64,000 bases of DNA from an uncultured Gemmatimonadales bacterium (GCA_963816355.1 CAWFKH010000001.1:10981-74980); one strand, 5' to 3'. Positions 48,596 to 60,432 are shown, counted from the first letter of the stretch. Translations and numbers: made by a program. Notes: a model not told the origin generated them from the sequence alone.

Positions 48596-49825
48596 ATGGG
48601 CGGCTTGTTGACGCTGACTGTCTTGGGGGTGCTGGCCGAGTTCCTTCCAGTTCAGTACAGTGTCGAAGGGCGCGAAGCGTCATCGTCCATCTCCTTCATC
48701 CCAATGTTCGTCATCGGACTGTCGTTCCATCCGACGACGACCGTATTGGCTACGGCGCTGATAATTGGGACAGCCTCTACGCTTGGCCATAAGCTCCCTG
48801 CTTGGAAGACGATATTCAATGTTTGCCAAGTCGCTCTAGCTGTCCGCCTTGGTTCAGAGTTATACTATTATCTGTCCACTTCAACTCTGCCGATTCTACA
48901 TTATGATGTAGTAGCACTTGCAGGTCTTTCGCTTACGTTCTTTATCACAAATACAGTACTCGTCTCCTTTTTCTATTCCATAGACCAATCGACTCCGTTT
49001 CTTCCAACGCTCAAACGAATTGCCGGACCGGGTGGTTCCAATCTCTATTATGACCTTCTAGTTAGCCCTCTAGCTCTGCTCGTATCATACGTATATCGAA
49101 GCAGTGGCTTGAGTGGCGTACTATTGTTAGTATTGCCACTTTACATCCTGCGCCATTCTTACGTCGCCATGCTGCAGCTCCAACAGGCGAATCGCGCCCT
49201 CCTGAAAGTATTGATCAAGGCCATTGACACGCGCGACCCTTATACGTCTGGTCATTCTCTCCGTGTATCACTCTTAGCCCGAGCGATAGCGGAGGACATG
49301 GGCGTTCGGGGGAGACGTCTCGATGATGTCGAGACGGCTGCTCTGTTGCACGACATTGGAAAGGTCGACGGAATATACGCGGAGTTGATTCGGAAGCCGC
49401 ACGCTTTGTCCGCAGATGAAGTCAAAGTTATTCGAACACACGCGACAAAGGGAGCGGACTTCGTTGGCGGGCTAAGGACGTACAGCGACGGCATAGTTCT
49501 GAGTATCAGGCATCATCACGAAAAATATGATGGTTCAGGGTACCCAAATGGTCTTCGCGGCTCTGAGATCCCACTTGCGGCACGCATAATTCAGATTTCC
49601 GATAGCATTGACGCGATGCTTTCTGACAGGCCTTACCGATCTGCCCTGTCTCTTGAGCAGGTTCACACGGAGCTTAGGCGGTGCGCGGGAAGTCAGTTTG
49701 ATCCAGGAATCGTGGACAACATGCTTGAGAGGGGATCCCTCACACGAATGCTGCCGACCCTCCGGCTTCATGGGGGCAAGACTGCAGCGGTTCTCCCGCG
49801 CATTGAAGCGTCAGCGGCTGTCTGA
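48596..49825 (+). CDS. Membrane-anchored HD-GYP domain protein (probable c-di-GMP phosphodiesterase)
   Basis: Track ORF 48527..49825. Multi-TM N-terminal domain, then HD-GYP catalytic motifs YTSGHSLRV, LLHDIGK, HHHEKYDGSGYPNGL, ISDSIDAM. The start is uncertain: ATG 48596 (MGGLLTLTVLG), or ATG 48490 in another frame (MPKKIALLFAAVVVLGAASFWPL), which would need a frameshift near 48590. Confidence 0.85.
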   Translation: MGGLLTLTVLGVLAEFLPVQYSVEGREASSSISFIPMFVIGLSFHPTTTVLATALIIGTASTLGHKLPAWKTIFNVCQVALAVRLGSELYYYLSTSTLPILHYDVVALAGLSLTFFITNTVLVSFFYSIDQSTPFLPTLKRIAGPGGSNLYYDLLVSPLALLVSYVYRSSGLSGVLLLVLPLYILRHSYVAMLQLQQANRALLKVLIKAIDTRDPYTSGHSLRVSLLARAIAEDMGVRGRRLDDVETAALLHDIGKVDGIYAELIRKPHALSADEVKVIRTHATKGADFVGGLRTYSDGIVLSIRHHHEKYDGSGYPNGLRGSEIPLAARIIQISDSIDAMLSDRPYRSALSLEQVHTELRRCAGSQFDPGIVDNMLERGSLTRMLPTLRLHGGKTAAVLPRIEASAAV

Positions 49826-49849
49826 TTCAGCTTACTTATAGGAGGCGCC

Positions 49850-50053
49850 GTGCAGACTAGACATTGTCCCTCCTGTGGCTCCGATCACTTGGAGCGCGCC
49901 ACTTGCGGGCCGGCTGAGTTGCCGCTTGCGGACGGGAGTGCAATTCGCCTGCTAGTACTTGGATGCTTGAATTGTGGGCACGTTAGTCTATGGATCCCAG
50001 AGGCCGACGATGGAAGTGGCGCAAAGTCCTTGGGGAGTCAGTCATTCTTATAG
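49850..50053 (+). CDS. Small zinc-ribbon protein (CxxC...CxxC)
   Basis: Track ORF of 67 aa. GTG start 4 nt after AGGAGG (49840-49845). Motifs CPSCGS ... CLNCGHVSLWIP. Confidence 0.6.
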   Translation: MQTRHCPSCGSDHLERATCGPAELPLADGSAIRLLVLGCLNCGHVSLWIPEADDGSGAKSLGSQSFL

Positions 50054-50471
50054 GCCTAGCGCAGCAGTTGTCAATGTCCTAGAAGATACGCTATCTGCTG
50101 GTGGTAAGTGCTTACCCGCTCAGATTGAGTACTTCCCGTCGAGCCGCTCCGGGGGTCAACTAGCAGACAGTCTATAAGTACTTCATCCAAAGAAGAATAG
50201 ACGGGTCCCCAAATGGTCGGCCCGAGCGCGGCTCGGTGCAGATCGATCGTCCGGCACGGCGTTCCTCCACGAGGATCCGGAGCCAGTGCTACTTCAGGGC
50301 GGACGTACAAGGTTGCGAGACTTCGTCCGGTCGATGAAGCCGCGCCTTTATCCGCGGCGTGAGGGAGCGTGTCGAGACGCTTCCCGGACAGCAGACGAGA
50401 TCGACGTCTCGACTTCAGCGGCTGCCGTTGCCGGGCGGTGAGACCGGAGCCGTTCGTGCGTTTTCCCTTTC

Positions 50472-50500
50472 TTGACAGGAGCCCCGGGAGGCGGGAGATT
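50472..50500 (+). promoter_or_regulatory. Candidate sigma70-type promoter for the RHH-nuclease-methylase operon
   Basis: TTGACA (50472-50477), 17-nt spacer, GAGATT (50495-50500). Downstream direct repeats GACGCTGTCG (50504) and CGACTGTCG (50524) lie before the ATG at 50543. Confidence 0.4.
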
Positions 50501-50542
50501 TGCAGACGCTGTCGCCCCTTGTTCCGACTGTCGAAATTGTAG

Positions 50543-50752
50543 ATGCCCACCGGCAAACGCCGCGTTGCGATCAACCTGCCTTACGGCGAATACGAGGAAA
50601 TGGCCGCTATCGCGGACGAGCACAACGTCTCACTCGCGTGGCTAGGCGGCCAATTCATGGAACGCTACCGCGAGGAATCTTTGCAGCTTCCCCTTCCGCT
50701 TCGGACCAACAGAAGTTTAGAACGAGGACCGGGAGCACATGCCGCGCAGTGA
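50543..50752 (+). CDS. Ribbon-helix-helix (CopG/Arc-type) DNA-binding protein
   Basis: Track ORF of 69 aa. KRRVAINLPYGEYEEMAAIADEHNVSLAWLGGQFMERY fits a beta-strand / helix / helix RHH pattern. It overlaps the next gene by 14 nt. Confidence 0.7.
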   Translation: MPTGKRRVAINLPYGEYEEMAAIADEHNVSLAWLGGQFMERYREESLQLPLPLRTNRSLERGPGAHAAQ

Positions 50753-52109
50753 TCTCCCCTTTGGCAGCGAGTTTTCGCCCGACCAGATTGATCTGGCCAC
50801 GCTACTGGATCTCGCGCACCAGCACGGCGAGGACTGGAAAGGATTCGAGGCCGCCGTACGGGCGCGCTATTTCGAGAATTACAAGACGTCGGACTACAAC
50901 AAGGACAAGCTCGCCAATAACGCGAAGCTCTCGTTGCGCGCCTATGGCCTGATCGGCGCGAAGGATGCCACGCTGACGGAGGCCGGATTAGCTCTCCACG
51001 CTTTGCATCAGGATGAGAGGCTCCTGCTAGATGCGTTTGCCAAGCACATTTTAAAGCACTGCCAGGGTATGAACTTCGTGCAGTGCCTCCTCGATATGCA
51101 GGCGGCGGGCGAGAGGATCACCCTCTTGAGCCTCCGCCGTGGTCTTGAGGAGCGGGGGCTTTCCGTGCCGCGCGGCGGGAAGCACATGAGCACGTTGCGG
51201 CTCTGGCTGGACCGGGCCGGTGTCATCGTAAGCGGCTACCGCGTGGATCAGGCCCGTCTCAACGATATCCTTGGCGTTAAAGTGGAGGAATTCGAGGCTC
51301 TGGCAAGCTTTTCGGGCGAGCAGAAAGCCTTTCTGAAGACGCTCGCGAACATGGAGGGTGGCCGGCCGCATCTGTCGAACGATATCGAGCGGCTTGCCAC
51401 GGCGACCTACGGCATCACGTTCAACGAGAAGAACCTGCCCAAGCAGGTTTTGTATCCGCTGGAGAAGACGGGCTACATCGCGCTTGAACGCGGCACACAA
51501 GAGCCCGGGCGCGGCGCTAAGCCTTTTTTGGTGACGGCAACCGAGAAGCTCGATGCCGACCTGATTGCACCGCTCATTGCGCAGATGGAGCGCCAGATCC
51601 AGGCTGATATCCGGCCGCTGCTTCGCAAGCCGCTTTCAGAGATCTTGGAGGAGCTGACGGAGGAGGACGCGCACACACGCGGCCTTGCCCTCGAGGCTCT
51701 CGCCTTCAAGCTCATGAGGCTCGTCGACCTCACCTATGTCGCGACCCGTCTTCGAGGCAGCCAGACCGGAGGGGCGGAAGTCGATCTGATCTTTGAAGGC
51801 GCCCGTCTGGTGTTCTCCCGCTGGCAGATCCAATGCAAGAACACGCGGAGCGTGTCGCTGGACGATGTTGCCAAGGAAGTGGGGCTCACGCACTTCCTGA
51901 AAAGCAACGTGATCGTGATGGTCTCGACCGGGACGGTCGGCCCGGAGGCGCGCCGCTACGCCAACAAAATCATGCGGGACTCTAACCTGTGCATCGTCAT
52001 GGTGGACGGTACCGACCTCGAGCTAATCGAGGAACGGCCGGCCGGAATTGTCGATGTCTTCAGCCGCGAGGCCCGTCATGCGATGGACCTAAAAAGGCTC
52101 GAACTATAA
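50739..52109 (+). CDS. Restriction endonuclease-like protein: winged-helix-like N-terminal region plus C-terminal Mrr-type PD-(D/E)xK nuclease domain
   Basis: Track ORF of 456 aa. The C-terminus GLALEALAFKLMRL...GGAEVDLIFEG...WQIQCKNTRSVSLDDVAKEVG matches the Mrr catalytic pattern (GxD...D...IQxK). The roughly 330 N-terminal aa are unassigned. Confidence 0.8.
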   Translation: MPRSDLPFGSEFSPDQIDLATLLDLAHQHGEDWKGFEAAVRARYFENYKTSDYNKDKLANNAKLSLRAYGLIGAKDATLTEAGLALHALHQDERLLLDAFAKHILKHCQGMNFVQCLLDMQAAGERITLLSLRRGLEERGLSVPRGGKHMSTLRLWLDRAGVIVSGYRVDQARLNDILGVKVEEFEALASFSGEQKAFLKTLANMEGGRPHLSNDIERLATATYGITFNEKNLPKQVLYPLEKTGYIALERGTQEPGRGAKPFLVTATEKLDADLIAPLIAQMERQIQADIRPLLRKPLSEILEELTEEDAHTRGLALEALAFKLMRLVDLTYVATRLRGSQTGGAEVDLIFEGARLVFSRWQIQCKNTRSVSLDDVAKEVGLTHFLKSNVIVMVSTGTVGPEARRYANKIMRDSNLCIVMVDGTDLELIEERPAGIVDVFSREARHAMDLKRLEL

Positions 52110-52125
52110 AGGGAAGGAACAACGG

Positions 52126-53445
52126 ATGCCGCAGAACGGCGTGAACAGGGCTAAGCCGTTCCACACAACCGCGTTCGGGCGAATCATCTGCGGCGATAGC
52201 TTGCAGGCGCTGTCTGCCCGTGCAGAAGGCTCGGTTAATCTCATCATGACCAGCCCGCCCTTCGCGCTCGTGCGAAAGAAGGACTATGGAAACGTCGAAG
52301 CCAACCAGTATATAGACTGGTTTCGCCCGTTCGCGGGGGAGTTCAAGCGCGTCCTCACCAATAATGGCAGCCTCGTTATTGACATCGGCGGGTCCTGGAA
52401 GAGGGGCTATCCGACCCGAAACCTGTATCACTTCAAGCTGCTTGTTATGTTGTGCGAGGAGTTCGGGTTTCATCTTGCGCAGGATTTCTACTGGTGGAAT
52501 CCGTCAAAGCTCCCGACGCCAGCAGAGTGGGTAAATATCCGCCGCATCCGGGTTAAGGATGCGATCAACACAATCTGGTGGTTATCGAAAACGCCTTGGC
52601 CGAAGGCCAGCAACCGGCGAGTCCTACAGCCTTACAGCGACAGTATGCAGGATCTTCTCGAAAGAGGCTATAAGGCGAAGAAGCGCCCATCCGGGCACGA
52701 CATCAGTGAGAAATTTAGCATCAACAATGGAGCGGCGATCCCGCCCAACCTGATCGCCATACCCAACACGGAAAGCAACAGCTTTTATCTGCGCTACTGT
52801 GAGGAGAACGGCCTAAAGCCCCACCCAGCGCGGTTTCCAACGGATCTACCAGAGTATTTCATTCGGATGCTGACAGACCCGGGCGACTTGGTCGTGGATC
52901 CGTTCGCAGGAAGTTGCGTCACCGGCGAAGTGTCGGAGCGCCTTCAGAGAGAGTGGGAGTGCATTGAGCTTCTGCCGGCGTATTGCGAGGCTGCCCTTGG
53001 ACGTTTTATTCGCCCTGCCGAAGAAACGGCGCGACCTGACCGGAACCCCGGCGACCCTTCCAACTACTATCGCATGCCGCATCCGGGCATTCTTGTGGAA
53101 CGGCAACACCGGCGCGCCTCTTCACGAGGATGGTGGGAGGAGGCGCCGCCTCGAGTCGAAGGCGAAGGGAAAGAACGGCAAGGCGAGCACGGTCCCCCCC
53201 CCCCCCCCCCCCCCTCTCCCCCCCCTCCGTGCCTCTCCCCCCCCCCCAGGCTCGCTGCGGAAAGGCGGCTCATGTCCAGCGCCCACCCGCCACCGCGTAC
53301 CATGTCGCCCGCGCCGGGAAGCGACGCGGCCCAGCATGATACAGCCCCGGCGCGCGCCTGCGACCGGCGCATCCCGGCCGGACCGAGCGGCCCGGGTGAC
53401 CACCCCGTCGCTGGGCGCATCGACGTCCGATGGCTGCCCACGTAG
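52126..53445 (+). CDS. Beta-class DNA methyltransferase (N4-cytosine/N6-adenine, SPPF type); C-terminal ~130 aa is probably read-through
   Basis: Track ORF of 439 aa. Motif IV LIMTSPPFALVRKKDYGN comes before motif I DLVVDPFAGSCVTG, which is the beta-class order. The recognisable domain ends near AALGRF (about 53010). After that the ORF runs through the poly-C tract (PPPPPPPSPPPP) into GC-rich sequence. Confidence 0.8.
   Translation: MPQNGVNRAKPFHTTAFGRIICGDSLQALSARAEGSVNLIMTSPPFALVRKKDYGNVEANQYIDWFRPFAGEFKRVLTNNGSLVIDIGGSWKRGYPTRNLYHFKLLVMLCEEFGFHLAQDFYWWNPSKLPTPAEWVNIRRIRVKDAINTIWWLSKTPWPKASNRRVLQPYSDSMQDLLERGYKAKKRPSGHDISEKFSINNGAAIPPNLIAIPNTESNSFYLRYCEENGLKPHPARFPTDLPEYFIRMLTDPGDLVVDPFAGSCVTGEVSERLQREWECIELLPAYCEAALGRFIRPAEETARPDRNPGDPSNYYRMPHPGILVERQHRRASSRGWWEEAPPRVEGEGKERQGEHGPPPPPPPSPPPPCLSPPPRLAAERRLMSSAHPPPRTMSPAPGSDAAQHDTAPARACDRRIPAGPSGPGDHPVAGRIDVRWLPT
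53194..53247 (+). repeat. Homopolymeric C tracts: C21, TCT, C8, TCCGTGCCTCT, C11
   Basis: Direct count: C run 53194-53214 (21 nt), 53218-53225 (8 nt), 53237-53247 (11 nt). It coincides with the switch from island GC to host GC. Confidence 0.95.
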
Positions 53446-53583
53446 GGATCTGTCGGGCCGCGCGCCTGAACCAAGCTTCTGTCCCCGCCCGACGAAGGAA
53501 GTCAGCGGAGGCAGCGCCGGGCGAGGGCGGCGTCTCCGCAGATCCAAAGCGCCGTGGCCACAAAGTAGTATGACGCCTACATC

Positions 53584-55089
53584 CTATGGGACGCGGAGGG
53601 ATAGCGCCCGGTACCCTGTGGCGGCGTCGTGGTCGGCGGGGTGGTGGCGGTCGTGGATGCGGCGGAGGCCGGCGGTCCAGACGTGGCGGACGACGTCGGT
53701 GCCGGCGCAGAGGGTAAGGAGGGCGGGGAGGGAGTCGGGGTCCCAGCCGGCGAGGGTGGGGTGGTGGAGGTCGATGGCGACGAGGTCGGCGGGCTGGCCG
53801 GCGGCGATGGCGGTGGCGCCGGCGGCGAGGGCGGCGGCGCCGGCGGCGGTGCCCATCTCGAGGAGGCGCGGGGCCACCTCGGCGCGGGGGAGGCGACCGG
53901 GGTGGGGCGGGGGCTCGGGGCGGGCGAGGACGACGCGGCGCAGGGTGCGGAGGCGCTCGTGGCATTCGACGAGGCGCATCTCCTCGAGGGGGTCGATGCG
54001 GGTCTGGCTGTCGCTGCCGAGGGCGATGGGGACGCCGGCGCGGACGAGGTCGGAGGCGGGGAGGAAGCCGTCGCCGAGGTCGCGTTCGGTGGAGGGGCAG
54101 GCGCAGACGGTGGCGCCGGTGCTGGCGAGGAGGCGGATCTCGGCGGCGTCGGCGTGGGTGGCGTGGACGGCGGTGAAGCGTGCGTCGAGGAGTCCCTCGT
54201 CGGCGAGGAGCTGGAGGGGGCGGAGGCGGTGGGCGTGGAGGCACGCGGCGACCTCGGCGGGCTGCTCGTCGGCGTGGGCGTGGCAGACGGCGTCGCGCGC
54301 GCGGGCCCAGTCGGCGAGCGGGCGCAGCCACGGGCGGGGGACGGCGCGCACGCTGTGGGGCGCGACGCCGACGGTGACGAGGGGCCGGCCGCGCGCGCGG
54401 TCGCGGAGCGTGTCGACGCCGGCGAGGAAGGCGTCGAGGTCTGGGGTGGCGAACCTGCGCTGCGCGCCGGCGAGGGGGGTGTCGAAGCCGCCGGTGGCGT
54501 AGCACGCGTCGAGGAGCACGATGCGGAGGCCGACGTCCTCGGCGGCGGCGATCACGCGCGCGGCCAGCTCGACGGGGTCGTCGTAGGGCGCGCCGGCGGG
54601 GTCGCGGTGCAGGTAGTGGAACTCGCCGACGGTGGTGATGCCGGCGTGGAGCATCTCGAGGAAGCAGAAGCGGGAGGCGGTCTCGAGGTCGTCGGGCGAG
54701 AGCGCCAGGGCGGCGCGGTACATGGCGTCGCGCCAGCTCCAGAAGTCGGCGGCGTCTTCGCCGGCGGGCCGCCACTGGGTGCGGCCGCGGATGAGGCGCT
54801 GGAAGGCGTGGGAGTGGGCGTTGACGAAGCCGGCGACGAGGGCGCAGCCGGGGAGGCGCTCGACGGCCGCGTCGGGGAAGGGCGGCGCGGCGGCGCGGCG
54901 GTCGAGCAGGGGCGCGGCGGGGGCGACGGCGCGGATCGCGCCGTCCTCGATGGCGACGGCGAGGCCGGCGGCGAAGGCGCCGGCGGTGTAGACGAGGTCC
55001 GGGACGAGGATGCGCGGGCCGCTCACGGTCGTGGTGGGGGGCGGGTGGCGGCGCGTCTCAGGCGCCGTCCATCTCGGCGACGGTCTCAA
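53584..55089 (-). CDS. hutF: Formimidoylglutamate deiminase-like amidohydrolase
   Basis: Track ORF of 501 aa; the start is uncertain, and a GTG at 55026 would avoid the overlap with clpP. Amidohydrolase motifs GFVNAHSHAFQ, TTVGEFHYLH, HADE, GSDS. It is near hutU. Confidence 0.75.
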   Translation of the reverse strand: MRPSPRWTAPETRRHPPPTTTVSGPRILVPDLVYTAGAFAAGLAVAIEDGAIRAVAPAAPLLDRRAAAPPFPDAAVERLPGCALVAGFVNAHSHAFQRLIRGRTQWRPAGEDAADFWSWRDAMYRAALALSPDDLETASRFCFLEMLHAGITTVGEFHYLHRDPAGAPYDDPVELAARVIAAAEDVGLRIVLLDACYATGGFDTPLAGAQRRFATPDLDAFLAGVDTLRDRARGRPLVTVGVAPHSVRAVPRPWLRPLADWARARDAVCHAHADEQPAEVAACLHAHRLRPLQLLADEGLLDARFTAVHATHADAAEIRLLASTGATVCACPSTERDLGDGFLPASDLVRAGVPIALGSDSQTRIDPLEEMRLVECHERLRTLRRVVLARPEPPPHPGRLPRAEVAPRLLEMGTAAGAAALAAGATAIAAGQPADLVAIDLHHPTLAGWDPDSLPALLTLCAGTDVVRHVWTAGLRRIHDRHHPADHDAATGYRALSLRVP

Positions 55090-55690
55090 TGACCTTGCCG
55101 ACGAGGCCGTAGTCGCGGGCGGCGGCGGCGTCGAGCCAGAAGTTGCGGTGGGTGTCGTCCTCGATCTTCTCGAGCGGCTGGCCGGTGCGCTCGGCGAAGA
55201 GGCGGTTGAGGCGCTCGCGCATGCGCAGGATCTCGCGAGCCTCGATCTCGACGTCGGCGGCGGTGCCGCGGGTGCCGCCGGCGGGCTGGTGCAGCAGGAA
55301 GCGCGTGTTGGGGAGCGAGAAGCGGCGCTCGCGCGGCACGGCGACGAAGATGAGGGCGCCGGCGCTGGCCACCCAGCCGGTGCCGACCATGCGGACGGGC
55401 GCGTCGATGAAGCGGATGACGTCGTGGATCGTGTCGCCGGACTCGACGTGGCCGCCCTGCGAGTTGATGAAGATGGTGATCGGCTGGTCGGACTCCGCGG
55501 ACATGGCGAGGAGCTGCCCCATCACGTCCGCCGCCAGCTTCTGGTTGACCTCGCCGCTGATGATGAGCGTGCGCGAGCGGAAGAGCCGGTCCTTCACGCG
55601 GTCCGTCAGCGCGGCCACGGTCGGCCGCTCGCGCTCCTCCGGCTCCTCCCAGCCCTCGTCCGGATCCTGCGGCACCCTGCGGTCCTTCAT
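55058..55690 (-). CDS. clpP: ClpP-family protease subunit paralog (Ser-His-Asn instead of Ser-His-Asp)
   Basis: This is the 3' part of track ORF 55058..57559; ATG at 55690. ITIFINSQGGHVESG, GWVASAGALIF (Ser), FLLHQP (His), IEDDTHRNFWLDAAAARDYGLV (Asn where E. coli has the catalytic Asp in [10 protein letters not shown]). Acidic N-terminal extension. Confidence 0.85.
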   Translation of the reverse strand: MKDRRVPQDPDEGWEEPEERERPTVAALTDRVKDRLFRSRTLIISGEVNQKLAADVMGQLLAMSAESDQPITIFINSQGGHVESGDTIHDVIRFIDAPVRMVGTGWVASAGALIFVAVPRERRFSLPNTRFLLHQPAGGTRGTAADVEIEAREILRMRERLNRLFAERTGQPLEKIEDDTHRNFWLDAAAARDYGLVGKVIETVAEMDGA

Positions 55691-55746
55691 CGCATCCCGA
55701 TCCACTTGCGGCTCCTTGCGTTGTCTCGTGATCGCCGCGCTGCCGC

Positions 55747-57507
<1,761 letters not shown>

Positions 57508-57813
57508 CGCTCTCCTCCGTTCGCTCGGCCCCCCGTGAGAATGCGCGCTCGCCGCCCATTCCTCAAGTGAGGCGGGGCCGCGGGGCGGCGCCACTGCCGT
57601 TCCGGCAGTCCCCGGCGCCGCGGCCGCCGGTTCCCGCCATTGTGGCACCGGAATTCCCGATTTCCAATGCTTGTTTGAACATGCGGAAGTCCAGGCAACA
57701 CAAGGGGATCCGGGGGGTATTCAGTGCGTGGCAAGCAACGTGCTTTGTGGATGTCGCGAGGCGCCGGGCCCCGCGGGCGGGGCGCCGAACCACGAATCGA
57801 GGAATCGAGGTCG

Positions 57814-60432
<2,619 letters not shown>

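Larger units (their letters stand above)
48001..53247. mobile_element. Low-GC horizontally acquired island; no integrase or transposase gene visible
   Basis: Hand counts: 48001-48100 57% GC, 48401-48500 46%, the line at 48901 21/60, the line at 51001 28/60. Flanking host lines are about 75%. The right edge is a C21/C8/C11 tract. Confidence 0.65.

Noticed and set aside
50071-50574. 167-aa minus-strand ORF in the island gap.
   Set aside because: It is Arg/Ser/Leu-rich with no motif. It overlaps the candidate promoter and the first 10 codons of the RHH gene on the opposite strand.
53190-53445. Proline-rich C-terminal domain of the methyltransferase.
   Set aside because: It is the literal translation of the poly-C tract and of GC-rich flanking DNA. 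The recognisable methyltransferase fold ends about 60 codons earlier.
47997-53450. 8-bp inverted repeat atccctac (47997-48004) / gtagggat (53442-53449) as terminal inverted repeats of a transposon.
   Set aside because: It is too short to be significant over 5 kb. There is no transposase and no target-site duplication adjacent to it.
53250-53583. Possible small genes in the GC-rich stretch between the poly-C tract and hutF.
   Set aside because: All frames are open because of GC content, and none has a start context or a motif. It contains only a degenerate fragment resembling the hairpin-repeat unit (gcgccgggcgaggg at about 53515).
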